Assembly (NCBI GenBank): GCA_964633425.1
Contig: CAZWFX010000005.1
Span: 1,750-65,749, forward strand
Source of the DNA: an uncultured Candidatus Saccharibacteria bacterium
Lineage (GTDB): Bacteria; Patescibacteriota; Minisyncoccia; Phycocordibacterales; UBA2100
Reading direction: 5' to 3'
Length of the DNA stretch: 64,000 bases
Shown: one piece after another, positions 9,301 through 18,332 of the stretch
Position numbering within the stretch: position 1 is the stretch's first letter
How the letters are laid out: each line of letters starts with the position of its first letter
Notes under the pieces: model-generated
Told to the model about the DNA's origin: nothing
Database searches by the model: none
What the model saw: the letters and a program-made list of their open reading frames with translations, nothing else
Program-made: the position numbers and the translations under genes

Positions 9301-12300
9301 TTGTGGTTGCGCCGGTTGCAGTAATGTTTTGGAACGAATTCGTACCTGTAAACGTGTTGCTCTTGTATGCAGTCACGACCGTCGTCGACGACTGCTGATA
9401 ATAATTCTCCGAAGTGGTCGAGAACGACGCCCCCTGGTTCTGTCCGAGGAAGTACTGCGCCGAGGTGGTCGAAAACGCAAGTCCAAGCGCCGAGAAGTGC
9501 GAGGCACTCGTGGTCGAGAAGAAGTTGTTCACGCTTCGCCAATAGTCGGTGGAGGTGGTCGAGAACGAAAGACCGCTCGCCGAAAAGACCGATGCCGACG
9601 TGGTCGAGAAGAACTGTCCCCTATCTATAGTATTGAGCGACGACGTGGAGAGTCGGCTATTGAACGAACTGAAATCCGACGACGAGAGGTAGCCGTTTTG
9701 AGATGCGCTTGCCTGCTGGATCGAGAGCGTGCCGGCGGAGAACGAAAGCGGTCCTGAGATTGTCGCGGCCGAAACGACGCCACCCGACCCTGTGTAGAGC
9801 ATGGAATTCTGAAGGGTTGAGATAACAAGGTTCGAGGTTGACGCACTATTCGTAGAGAGCGCGGTCGTAGTTGCACCGCTCGCAGTGATAGCGCCGAACG
9901 CATTGGTGCCCGTGAAGGTATTGTTGGTGAACGTTTTCGGAACGGATGTCGATGCTGCAAGGTACTGATCCACGAGTCCGTTGCTGAAGTACTTGTTGGT
10001 CGTACCCTGTGCGAGCGCATCGGTTGTGGTGCCTGCGATCACACCGGCAACGCGTGTCGGCGTGTAGTAGAGATTGCTGCCTTCGGCAAGATCAGTGGTC
10101 GACTTCGTAGCGAGCCACGCATCTGACGATGTTGTCGCCCATCGGTTCTGTGTTCCCTCCCAGTAGTTCACCGATGTGGTCGAGAAGAAGTAGCCCTTGT
10201 CGTAGGTCGACAAATTGAACGCCGCAGAGGTTGTCGAGAACGCCGCACCCTGATTGAGCGCGAGGAACGCGGAGGCCGAGGTGGTGGAGAAGAAGTATCC
10301 CTTGTCATAGGTCGAGAGGTTGTATGCCGTCGATGTGGTCGAGTGGAAATTGTTCTGCGTTTTCCAGTAGTCTGTTGAGGTGGTCGAGAACGCGCCGCCA
10401 AGATTCTGTCCGAGGAAGTACTGCGCCGAGGTGGTCGAAAACGCAAGTCCAAGCGACGAGAAGTGTGACGCACTCGTTGTCGAGAAGAAGTTGTTCACGC
10501 TTCGCCAATAGTCTGTGGAGGTGGTCGAGAACGAAAGACCGCTCGCCGAAAAGACCGATGCCGAGGTGGTCGAGAAGAAATTATTCTGCGTCTTCCAGTA
10601 GTCGGTCGAGGTGGTGGAGAACGTATTGCCCTGATTCTGCGAAACAAGTGCCGATGCCGCCACGAGATCGTAGCCGCCTGATGCATTGCCCACGAGCACC
10701 TGACCGTTCTGCGGAGCAGTCGAGGTTCCTGTGCCGCCGTTTGATATGCCCAGCACGCCGGTCACATCGCCGGCGAGGTTTACGAGCGTCGAGGTAACGA
10801 CACCGGCAACCGACTTGAGTACACCGCTTGCTTTGCCGAACGTGAATCCGTTGGATACGACGAGGTTCGACGTCGACGCGCTTGTACCGATCGATACCGA
10901 GTATGTGCTCGACGCGAGCGATACGGTATTGGTGCTGGTCGAGAGATCCCAGTAACCGGATGCACCGGATGCCCCGCCGCCGTAGCTCTCCAGCGCCACA
11001 GCCGCATCGACGAATTTCGGCAATACCAATACCGCGATTGTTCCCTGGCCGCCGCCGCTATAGCTCTCGAGTGCCTGACCGAGTGCGTATCCGGATTTCG
11101 ACAGCTTGATACCGACGCCCGGTACATCAGAAGCGGCGATAAGATCGCCCGCATTGATCGTGCCGTTCGCGGTCGAGACCGTGGTGCGGATCACGCCGGC
11201 AAAACCGACAATGTACGCATTCGCTTCGCCCTCAAGATTTGCGTTACCGACGAACGCCGCATTGTCCGACACGACGCCGATCAACGACTCGCCCGCCGTC
11301 GCCTTTCGGTACTCACCGTTCGAGTTGAGCGAGACGATGTCTCCCACTGCCGCAGATTCGCTGAGCTGCATGTATTCCGCAAAGTCGGCCGCGCCGGAGG
11401 TCTGTGTGATACCGGTTCCCGCGGTCGACAGACGGAGGCTGCCGACGCTGCGTCCGCCCGTGTCTGACCCTGAAGTCACGCCCGTGAAATATTCCTCGAA
11501 TCGCGGACACGTTGTTGCGCTCGTACACGCCGTTGCGTACGGCGTTCGAAGGTTGAGGCGTAACACATTGTTACCGGACGAAAGCGTATTGTTGTCGTTC
11601 GAAATTGCAACGATCGCTGTGCCTGTGGCACCGGTCGCACCGGTGGTCTGGCCCATGAACGAATACTTGTAGTTCGTGGTCGTCGTACCAAACGCCACCG
11701 GTCCCGAGATGGACGACGTGGCGGTGGTCGATGTTGCGCTAAAGCTGCCGAACAAACTGCTCACCGCCGATAACACGTTTGCAAAGAGCGAGGTCGAGGT
11801 GCCCTGCACGAACGTGATGTTCGAGAAACTGTTCGTTCCGCTGAACGTGTTGTTCGTATATGTCTTGGGGATTGTTGTGGATGCATCGACAAAATAATTT
11901 GCCGAAGTGGTCGAGAACGCAGCACCCTGATTCAACCCGAGGAAATATGCGGTAGACGTTGTCGAGAACGCAAGACCGAGCGACGAGAAGTGTGAGGCGC
12001 TCGTTGTCGAGAAGAAGTTGTTAACGCTTCGCCAATAGTCGGTCGAGGTGGTCGAGAACGAAAGTCCACGAGCCGAGAACACCGACGCCGAGGTGGTAGA
12101 GAAGTAGAAGCCCTTATCGACACCATTCAAGTACGTTTGGACCCGACCGTCCGAGTAGTACTTATTGTTCGTTCCCTCAGCAAGCGCATCGGTGGTGGTG
12201 CCTGCGATAACCCCCGCTACGCGCGTCGGCGTGTAGTAGAGGTTGCTGCCTTCGGCAAGATCAGTGGTCGACTTCGTGGCAAGCCACGCGTCTGAGCTTG

Positions 12301-15300
12301 TGGTTGCCCATCGGTTCTGTGTTCCCTCCCAGTAGTTCACCGATGTGGTCGAGAAGAAGTAGCCCTTGTCGTAGGTCGACAGATTAAACGCAAACGATGT
12401 GGTTGAGTGGAAATTGTTCTGCGTCTTCCAGAAGTCTGCAGAGGTTGTTGAGAACGAAGGTATTGTCTGAGTCGAAAGCCAGTAGTTCGATGACGTCGTG
12501 GAGAACGCGAGCCCGGCTGACGCAAAATTTGAAGCAGACGTGGTCGAGAAGAAGTAGCCTTTTGAGACCGTGTTCAGGAACGACTGAACTCGGTTATCGG
12601 TGTAGTACTGATTAGTCGAACCTTCAGCGATCGCGTCAGACGTTGTTGCCGCCAAAACGCCTGCGACGCGATTAGAGGTGAAGTAGAGATTATTCGTTCC
12701 CTCTGCTATCGCATCGGTCGTCGTTGCGGCAAGCACGGTTGCGACGCGTGCCGGCGTGAAATACATATTGTTTACTCCCTCGTCTAGGGCATCAGTGGTG
12801 GTTGCGTACCACGACGCGAGCGTGAAGTAGTTTGCAAGGTTTGCGAATGTCGGAAGCCCGATCGATGATGTGGCAGCAACGCTCCAGTGCGAACCGTTCC
12901 ATGAAAGGATGTCGCCATACGATGAGCCCCCGACCGACGGGATAGTGGATGAGCTATTGATGTACGAGGCTACGCGCGAATCCTGGTAGTACTTGTTGTT
13001 CGATCCTTCCGCAAGCGCATCGGTCGTCGTGCCCGCGATCACACCGGCAACTCGTGTCGGCGTGTAGTACAGGTTTGAACCCTCCGCGAGGTCGCTCGTG
13101 GACTTGGTCGCAAGCCACGCGTCGGAGCTTGTGGTTGCCCAGCGGTTCTGCGTTCCCTCCCAGTAATTCACCGATGTGGTTGAGAAGAAGTAGCCCTTGT
13201 CGTAGGTCGAAAGATTGAACGCAAACGATGTCGTTGAGTGGAAGTTATTCTGCGCCTTCCAGTAGTCAGCGGAGGTGGTCGAGAACGACGAGTCATTCAG
13301 CGAGTCGAAATACAACGCAGACGTGGTCGAGAAGAAGAACCCCTTGTCGACGCCGTTCAAATACGTCTGTACCAAACCGTTGCTGTAGTACTTGTTCACG
13401 CTTCCTTCGGCAAGCGCATCTGTTGTAGTACCTGCAATGACGCCTGCGACACGATTCGGCGTGAAGTAGAGATTAGTGCTTCCCTCTGCGATCGCATCGG
13501 TGGTGGTTGCGGCGAGTGCGGCAGCAACTCGATTCACCGTAAAGTACTTATTGTTCGATCCCTCGGTGAGCGCATCGGTTGTCGTTGCATACCACTGAGC
13601 GAGACCCATGTAGGCACCCAGGTCAGAGAATGCGACCAGCCCGAGCGACGATGTAGAGATCTGCGTCCACGTATTCGCCGGACCTCCTATTAATAGAGCG
13701 TTTTGCGTTACCGTGCTCAGTCCGGTTCCCCCATTGCCAGCGGTCAGCGCATTATTGAGCGTCAACGAATTAACAGTTGCACTGCCCACGTTCGCAGTAC
13801 CGATGGTCGCATTATTTGTGAACGAATTCGTCGAGGATGCAGTGCTCGTGTACAAGGTCGTCGTGGTTGCATTCGTTGCGGTGATGACGTTTCCGGTGAA
13901 TGCGCCCGCGATCAACGAGCCGATGTTCGCGATGTTCGAGTACAGATTGCTGGACGATGCGGTACCGGCGAACGACGTCGTCGACGTCGCGTTGGCGGCA
14001 GTCACGTTCTGGAAATCATTCGTTCCGGTGAAGGTGTTGTTTGAATACGTTTTCGGAACGGTCGACGAAGCCTGCATATAGTAATTCGCAGACGACGTCG
14101 AGAAGCTCTGCGGATTCTGCGATGCGTAATACGCTGCCGACGTGGTTGAGAAGAAGAACCCCTTGTCGACGCCGTTCAAATACGTCTGTACCAAACCGTT
14201 GCTGTAGTACTTGTTCACGCTTCCTTCGGCAAGCGCATCGGTTGTGGTGCCGGCAATGATCTCGGCAACACGGGTCGGCGTGAAGTACAGATTGATACCC
14301 TCGGCCACATCACTGGTCGACTTGGTCGCGAGCCACGCGTCGGAGCTTGTTGTCGCCCAGCGACTCTGCGTTCCCTCCCAATAAGTAACCGATGTGGTCG
14401 AGAAGAAGTACCCCTTGTCGTACGTTCCAAGATTAAACGCAAACGATGTGGTGGAGTGGAAATTCTGCTGCGACTTCCAGTAGTCGGTCGACGTGGTAGA
14501 GAATGCGAGACCGGCAGATGCAAAGTTTGAAGCGGATGTGGTCGAGAAGAAGTAGCCTTTGGAAATTGTATTGAGGAACGTTTGTACGCGAGAGTCATTG
14601 TAGTACTTGTTCGTGCTTCCCTCTGCGATCGCATCGGTTGTGGTTGCGGCAAGTACCGTCGCGACACGGTTCGTCGAGAAGTAGAGATTATTCGTGCCTT
14701 CCGCGAGCGCGTCGGTCGTTGTCGCTGCGAGCGATTCTGCAAACCGCGCCGGCGTGAAATACATATTGTTTACTCCCTCGTCTAGGGCATCAGTTGTGGT
14801 TGCGTACCACGACGCGAGCGTGAAGTAACTTGCAAGGCTCGCGAATGTCGGAAGTCCGATTGATGATGTAGCTGCAACACTCCAGCGCGAACCGTTCCAC
14901 GACAAGATATCGCCGTATGCGCCTCCTCCGACCGACGGGATTGTGGACGAGCCGTTGATGTACGACGCTACGCGCGAATCCTGGTAGTACTTGTTGGTGC
15001 CGCCTTCTGCGAGCGCATCGGTTGTGGTGCCTGCGATCACACTCGCCACACGGTTACTGGTGAAGTACTTATTGTTCGATCCTTCCGCAAGCGCATCGGT
15101 GGTGGTGCCTGCGATCACACCGGCAACACGGGTCGGCGTGTAGTAGAGGTTGCTGCCTTCGGCAAGATCAGTGGTCGACTTTGTCGCAAGCCATGCGTCC
15201 GAGCTAGTGGTCGCCCAGCGGAACTGCGTCGAATCCCAGAACGCGACCGATGTAGTCGAGAAGAAGTAGCCCTTGTCGTAGGTCGACAGATTGAACGCGG

Positions 15301-16921
15301 TCGATGTCGTCGAGTATGCGAGACCGAGAGACGAGAAGTACGAAGCCGATGTGGTAGAAAATGATGCTCCGGGATTTACAGAATTAAAATACGCGGCAGA
15401 CGTCGTAGAGAACGCAAGACCGACGGACGCGAACTGTGAAGCGCTGGTGGTAGAAAAGTAGAACCCCTTGTCGACGCCGTTCAAGTATGTCTGCACGCGG
15501 TTGTCCGTGTAGTACTTGTTTGTCGCTCCCTCTGAGAGCGCGTCGGTTGTCGTGCCAGCGATCACACTCGCAACGCGTGTATCGGTGTAATACCTGTTCG
15601 TTACACCTTCCGTAAGTGCGTCGGTCGTGGTTGCGTACCACGCAGAGAGTCCGAGATACGACGAGAGGGTCGCAAATGTCGGCAGTCCGAGTGACGAGGT
15701 CGATACCTGCGACCAGGTATTTCCGGCCGCACCGATCAGGATGCCGTTTTGTGATACCGAACCGATACCCGTTCCGCCGCGACCGGCACCGAGTGTTCCC
15801 GACCAGGTCGGGGCGAACGTGTGCGTGTCGCCGGAGGACGTGATGGTGATGCCGATGTTTGTATCCGAGCTCGTTGCAAGCGTCTGAGACGATCCTGTTT
15901 GATATGAGGAGAATTCCGCCCCGAGCGCCGTCAAACCGCCGCCTGCCCCGGCATCTGCACCACATCCGAACTGCCGCGTCGTAGCATTCCAGATGAGTTT
16001 GTCCGAACTCGCCGAGCACGAAACAAGTCCGCCACCCGAAACAGTGTTCAGAATATTAAAATTCGAGGTCGTCGCATTGGTGAGCGTTACGTCGCCCGTG
16101 AAATTATTCACGCCACTGAACGAATTATTTGTGAATGACTTCGCAACCGTCGTTGATCCCGCAAGGAATGCATTGACCGCACTGTTCGAGTAGTACAGAT
16201 TCGTAATACCCTGCGGCAGATTATCTGTCGTCTTTGTTGCAAACCATGCATCCGACGATGTTGTCGCCCAAGCACCTACCGTCGAATTCCAGTAGTTCAC
16301 CGACGTCGTCGAAAAGAAATACCCCTTGTCGTAGGTTGAGAGGTCGTACGCGGCGCTCGTCGTTGAGTATGAGTTTGCGCGGTAGTACGCCCCTGTCTGA
16401 CCGCCGAGCGTTGCGGAATTGATTGCGTATCCGGATGCGGTCACACGCTGACGGGGTGAAAGATTTTCAAAACTCTCGGCACCGTCGCCGGCAGCGCACG
16501 TCGCGCCGACCTTGCTTGCCACTTCGACGTTCAGGTACACCGCATCGTTCGACTCAAAATCAAAGTTCAACGTGTCTCCTCCTGCGTTCGTATCTCCCAC
16601 ACCCGCATTGAACACACCACTCTTCACATTAACCGTCATGGTCGACGGCGCCGAGGACGGCCACAGCTTTGTGCCGGAACCGACGGTTGCATTGTCGTAG
16701 AGCGAGAATTTAACGCAGTAATCCGTGCCACTCGATCCGCCAAGGAGCGAACCGCCCGAGTTCATGAGACGGCCCTGGTAGTTCATGATTCGCGGCACCC
16801 CGGTTGCTGCGTGCGCCGTGTCTGCGAAAGCAATCGTGCACATAATCACACATGCAAGAACCGCGATCAGTCGCGGGATGCTTCGATTCATGCTTACCCA
16901 TGATCGTGTATGTGTGTTCAT
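6386..16921 (-). CDS. Giant secreted fibre-like repeat protein (phage-tail-fibre-like mosaic, about 3,511 aa)
   Basis: Uninterrupted 3,539-aa ORF. The start was moved to M29 (16921) because it lies 5 nt past the upstream gene stop; M39 (16891) is also possible. Signal peptide IPRLIAVLACVIMCTIAFADTAHA. N-terminal MNYQGRLMNSGGSLL...KFSLYDNATVGSGTKLW...LSPRQRVTASGYA. At least 17 hand-counted T(T/S)DA(L/I)xEGxxNxY(Y/F) units, dozens of (Y/F)FSTTS units, and GGTG motifs (LGAGRGGTGIGS, LTAGNGGTGLST, GISNGGTGTSTA). Confidence 0.9.
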   Translation of the reverse strand: MNTHTRSWVSMNRSIPRLIAVLACVIMCTIAFADTAHAATGVPRIMNYQGRLMNSGGSLLGGSSGTDYCVKFSLYDNATVGSGTKLWPSSAPSTMTVNVKSGVFNAGVGDTNAGGDTLNFDFESNDAVYLNVEVASKVGATCAAGDGAESFENLSPRQRVTASGYAINSATLGGQTGAYYRANSYSTTSAAYDLSTYDKGYFFSTTSVNYWNSTVGAWATTSSDAWFATKTTDNLPQGITNLYYSNSAVNAFLAGSTTVAKSFTNNSFSGVNNFTGDVTLTNATTSNFNILNTVSGGGLVSCSASSDKLIWNATTRQFGCGADAGAGGGLTALGAEFSSYQTGSSQTLATSSDTNIGITITSSGDTHTFAPTWSGTLGAGRGGTGIGSVSQNGILIGAAGNTWSQVSTSSLGLPTFATLSSYLGLSAWYATTTDALTEGVTNRYYTDTRVASVIAGTTTDALSEGATNKYYTDNRVQTYLNGVDKGFYFSTTSASQFASVGLAFSTTSAAYFNSVNPGASFSTTSASYFSSLGLAYSTTSTAFNLSTYDKGYFFSTTSVAFWDSTQFRWATTSSDAWLATKSTTDLAEGSNLYYTPTRVAGVIAGTTTDALAEGSNNKYFTSNRVASVIAGTTTDALAEGGTNKYYQDSRVASYINGSSTIPSVGGGAYGDILSWNGSRWSVAATSSIGLPTFASLASYFTLASWYATTTDALDEGVNNMYFTPARFAESLAATTTDALAEGTNNLYFSTNRVATVLAATTTDAIAEGSTNKYYNDSRVQTFLNTISKGYFFSTTSASNFASAGLAFSTTSTDYWKSQQNFHSTTSFAFNLGTYDKGYFFSTTSVTYWEGTQSRWATTSSDAWLATKSTSDVAEGINLYFTPTRVAEIIAGTTTDALAEGSVNKYYSNGLVQTYLNGVDKGFFFSTTSAAYYASQNPQSFSTSSANYYMQASSTVPKTYSNNTFTGTNDFQNVTAANATSTTSFAGTASSSNLYSNIANIGSLIAGAFTGNVITATNATTTTLYTSTASSTNSFTNNATIGTANVGSATVNSLTLNNALTAGNGGTGLSTVTQNALLIGGPANTWTQISTSSLGLVAFSDLGAYMGLAQWYATTTDALTEGSNNKYFTVNRVAAALAATTTDAIAEGSTNLYFTPNRVAGVIAGTTTDALAEGSVNKYYSNGLVQTYLNGVDKGFFFSTTSALYFDSLNDSSFSTTSADYWKAQNNFHSTTSFAFNLSTYDKGYFFSTTSVNYWEGTQNRWATTSSDAWLATKSTSDLAEGSNLYYTPTRVAGVIAGTTTDALAEGSNNKYYQDSRVASYINSSSTIPSVGGSSYGDILSWNGSHWSVAATSSIGLPTFANLANYFTLASWYATTTDALDEGVNNMYFTPARVATVLAATTTDAIAEGTNNLYFTSNRVAGVLAATTSDAIAEGSTNQYYTDNRVQSFLNTVSKGYFFSTTSASNFASAGLAFSTTSSNYWLSTQTIPSFSTTSADFWKTQNNFHSTTSFAFNLSTYDKGYFFSTTSVNYWEGTQNRWATTSSDAWLATKSTTDLAEGSNLYYTPTRVAGVIAGTTTDALAEGTNNKYYSDGRVQTYLNGVDKGFYFSTTSASVFSARGLSFSTTSTDYWRSVNNFFSTTSASHFSSLGLAFSTTSTAYFLGLNQGAAFSTTSANYFVDASTTIPKTYTNNTFSGTNSFSNITFVQGTSTSLFANVLSAVSSLFGSFSATSTTATSSISGPVAFGTTTTNYKYSFMGQTTGATGATGTAIVAISNDNNTLSSGNNVLRLNLRTPYATACTSATTCPRFEEYFTGVTSGSDTGGRSVGSLRLSTAGTGITQTSGAADFAEYMQLSESAAVGDIVSLNSNGEYRKATAGESLIGVVSDNAAFVGNANLEGEANAYIVGFAGVIRTTVSTANGTINAGDLIAASDVPGVGIKLSKSGYALGQALESYSGGGQGTIAVLVLPKFVDAAVALESYGGGASGASGYWDLSTSTNTVSLASSTYSVSIGTSASTSNLVVSNGFTFGKASGVLKSVAGVVTSTLVNLAGDVTGVLGISNGGTGTSTAPQNGQVLVGNASGGYDLVAASALVSQNQGNTFSTTSTDYWKTQNNFFSTTSASVFSASGLSFSTTSTDYWRSVNNFFSTTSASHFSSLGLAFSTTSAQYFLGQNLGGAFSTTSTDYWKTQNNFHSTTSTAYNLSTYDKGYFFSTTSASAFLALNQGAAFSTTSAAFNLSTYDKGYFFSTTSVNYWEGTQNRWATTSSDAWLATKSTTDLAEGSNLYYTPTRVAGVIAGTTTDALAQGTTNKYFSNGLVDQYLAASTSVPKTFTNNTFTGTNAFGAITASGATTTALSTNSASTSNLVISTLQNSMLYTGSGGVVSAATISGPLSFSAGTLSIQQASASQNGYLSSSDFSSFNSRLSTSSLNTIDRGQFFSTTSASVFSASGLSFSTTSTDYWRSVNNFFSTTSASHFSALGLAFSTTSAQYFLGQNQGASFSTTSENYYQQSSTTVVTAYKSNTFTGTNSFQNITATGATTTAISTGIASTTNLVVSGLSNALLGTGANGVVQATTFSGPLSYNGGILTLTQSGAAQNGYLSSTDWNSFNSRLSTSTLALIDKGFFFSTTSASVFAASGLAFSTTSTDYWKSQNNFFSTTSASYFSTLGLSFSTTSAAYFTSQNQGASFSTTSQNYYMQSSTTVPTTYKNNTYTGTNSFQNITATGATTTVISTGIASTTNLVVGISNGLLGSGVNGAVQATTFSGPLSYNGGILTLTQSGAAQNGYLSSTDWNSFNSRLSTSTLALFDKGYFFSTSSTDYYMQSSTTVPTTYKNNTFIGVNAFANITATGATTTSLFTGVASSTNLFSTSARFGSLAGFSLTGSVAAAANSITGINIASTTDLWISNIRNGLLATNGQGTVVASSTPTASSFNATSNTASQLPYASTTAISALQQLSIGAANGTILQGGSTGTSTIAGVINVTGTNSTSTFSGGVSATRLNFSATSTGSQGINLTGGCFAMNGVCISGAVNSVSATNTTLTVNPNAGNVGISLNLSNPNLWTGLQQFGNATSSLLEATQFYARTIAATSSNVLSLQGNSGLTFGSTTAQMLAITPSTNRVTLGTGGSNPSLLVLDTKNTAGDPTGIDGSMYFNSNIGEFRCYNGGWVTCGGQAASSTGNVQYRNIDGSFTANAGFTWSIPTAGLVLTGTSTTQTTDLLTIASSTGRTMFAVNGMGILSLSTTTDPVAPPSGELNIYAKEIGGRTVPKWVGPSGVDTPFQAAIWQNNLVYFTPQVAAGVWTGTVGGNSGTPVIVLPTTTNFYTTQRRSQFPSVVTTLNQQVGTRSEAMFFRGGTTGQGGFFFAARVGLETWTAGDRLFVGLSAATATAVCTQQLTNHLNTIGFAINAASTSISLITNDNTGSSTVVTIAGQPALATNNGYAFYLFAKPNDTVVYWQMDDVNTGTKIADGSIATDLPVNTTMMAAHACMSNAANTAANAARIGINRIYIETDR
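8450..16330 (-). repeat. Intragenic in-frame tandem and interspersed repeats of the giant fibre gene
   Basis: Near-identical DNA blocks such as ccgatgtggtcgagaagaagtagcccttgtcgtaggtcga recur near 10170, 12340, 13180, 14400 and 15250. At protein level the STYDKGYFFSTTSVNYWEGTQNRWATTSSDAWLATKSTTDLAEGSNLYYTPTRVAGVIAGTTTDALAEG module is repeated at least 6 times. Confidence 0.85.
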
Positions 16922-16925
16922 GTGA

Positions 16926-17312
16926 TCAGGTTTGTTGCTCGAGGCGCTGAATGGCGCGCTGATTGAGTCGCTGGTCGAGCGAAGTTGAAAATATGTAGAA
17001 AACAAGCATCAGGAATGCGACGCTCACGATCATGAGAGCGATCGAAAGCCGCTTTACGAGGCGCGGCGATTCGATCTCTCGCTGAATGGTATTCATAAAA
17101 CCCGTCGATACCGCACCTTTTGTGAGCGGCGCGCCACGCTTTTTGTCCATGTAGTCACGAAGCGCGTCCTCGGTAGTCATCCATGCGACATTTGCAAATA
17201 CCTGCTTACCCGGCAGTTTTCCGCTCCGAATCAGCTGACCGACATAGTCAGGAGTGTAGCCCGACATGGCCGCCGCTTCTCGAAGTGATATGTATTCGCT
17301 TTTTTTCATCAT
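16926..17312 (-). CDS. Membrane-anchored helix-turn-helix protein (excisionase/MerR-type HTH plus C-terminal TM)
   Basis: 131-aa ORF trimmed to the first ATG (MMKKSEY). HTH-like ISLREAAAMSGYTPDYVGQLIRSGKLPGKQV and TM LSIALMIVSVAFLMLVFYIF. Sits immediately upstream of the giant fibre gene. Confidence 0.75.
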   Translation of the reverse strand: MMKKSEYISLREAAAMSGYTPDYVGQLIRSGKLPGKQVFANVAWMTTEDALRDYMDKKRGAPLTKGAVSTGFMNTIQREIESPRLVKRLSIALMIVSVAFLMLVFYIFSTSLDQRLNQRAIQRLEQQT

Positions 17313-17322
17313 GATAGGCAAA

Positions 17323-17442
17323 TCTCGAGGGTCGAGTTTTACTCATTTATGCAATCTCGGGGGTCGAGATGTCATGAGGTAATTGTATAATCCCTAGGTT
17401 TTTAGCCTATTTTTCGATGTGGACAACTTTCGGGGTGTCGAG
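17323..17442. promoter_or_regulatory. Three copies of a CTCGRGGGTCGAG-like motif in a divergent intergenic region (candidate operator set)
   Basis: aaTCTCGAGGGTCGAG at 17323-17336, aaTCTCGGGGGTCGAG at 17355-17368 (32-nt spacing), and a weaker TTTCGGGGTGTCGAG at 17428-17442. All lie between the divergent genes 16926..17312 (-) and 17541..18317 (+). Confidence 0.35.
17384..17391 (+). promoter_or_regulatory. Candidate extended -10 promoter element (TGTATAAT)
   Basis: Perfect TATAAT at 17386-17391 preceded by TG, upstream of the plus-strand gene. No convincing -35 element. Confidence 0.3.
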
Positions 17443-17540
17443 TTTGTCTTTTCACTTTTTTGACCCGGTCGTTGTCCTTTTTTGGCAGCAAAACCCCTTG
17501 TTCTCTACCCGATGACCTATACACTGATGAGACTTCTGCC

Positions 17541-18317
17541 ATGTATACCCTTGCATACAGATATGTCGTAGTCGTCTGCCTTGTCGGACTCGTGACGGGA
17601 GGCTACCTGCTCTACAGGGCAGAATCGTCGGGATCGTTCGATGAACGGCTCCAAGCAGCCATCCAAAGCGTCCAAGGGCTTCGATCGTACGAAATGACGG
17701 TAGATACCTCGACCGTGGTTTCTGCGCGCGCTATGCGCATTTCCGGCCTCTATAGGCTCGATTATGAAGGCAAACGATACGGATCGTTCGCAACCACGAC
17801 CCTCTTTACGCCCGAACTGTCCAAACATGAACAGTCGCACACCTTTAGCCTGCAAAATCTTGCCGTCGGCGACAGCGTGTACGTAAAAATCGAGACCGAG
17901 AGCCCCCTCTTAAAAAAGACGATTCCAAACGGCCCCGACTGGCACCGCTTGCCTGCCGCCTCGATCCCCCCGCAATATCAGAACATCGCGGTTGCGGGAC
18001 CGTTTTTGGATACGCTGGCTATCCTCGGGAACAGCGGCGCATATCTGACGCTTACCGGTAAACCGTCGGATCTCGCAGTCGGCTCCACGACGTACCACTC
18101 GTATCGTTTCCGGTTATCGAAAGAGGGGCAGCTTGTGGAGGGCGGGACGCTGAGATCCCTTGTACAGCGGATCGCTACAGGTACCGTGGAGGTGCTTGTC
18201 GATGATACTCCGTCAGTCCGGGGCGTCCTCATCCACGGCGATAATTACGAATCAACGACAACGATCCTGAGTGTAAACACCCCCTTCATCATCCCGTCTC
18301 CGGCTGTTGAGGAATGA
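17541..18317 (+). CDS. N-terminally anchored hypothetical protein
   Basis: 285-aa ORF (TTG start) trimmed to the ATG at M28: MYTLAYRYVVVVCLVGLVTGGYLLYRAES (TM). The remainder is soluble with no recognisable motif. Confidence 0.6.
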   Translation: MYTLAYRYVVVVCLVGLVTGGYLLYRAESSGSFDERLQAAIQSVQGLRSYEMTVDTSTVVSARAMRISGLYRLDYEGKRYGSFATTTLFTPELSKHEQSHTFSLQNLAVGDSVYVKIETESPLLKKTIPNGPDWHRLPAASIPPQYQNIAVAGPFLDTLAILGNSGAYLTLTGKPSDLAVGSTTYHSYRFRLSKEGQLVEGGTLRSLVQRIATGTVEVLVDDTPSVRGVLIHGDNYESTTTILSVNTPFIIPSPAVEE

Positions 18318-18332
18318 TGCTAGACTTTTCTC

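Noticed and set aside
8450-16330. Periodic near-identical DNA repeats considered as a CRISPR array or satellite (also 32700-38500)
   Set aside because: The repeats are in-frame parts of uninterrupted giant ORFs. They have no unique spacers of regular length and no leader or cas genes.
16922-17005. 28-codon N-terminal extension of the giant fibre ORF
   Set aside because: It overlaps the upstream HTH-TM gene. The signal peptide follows the internal M29/M39 starts.
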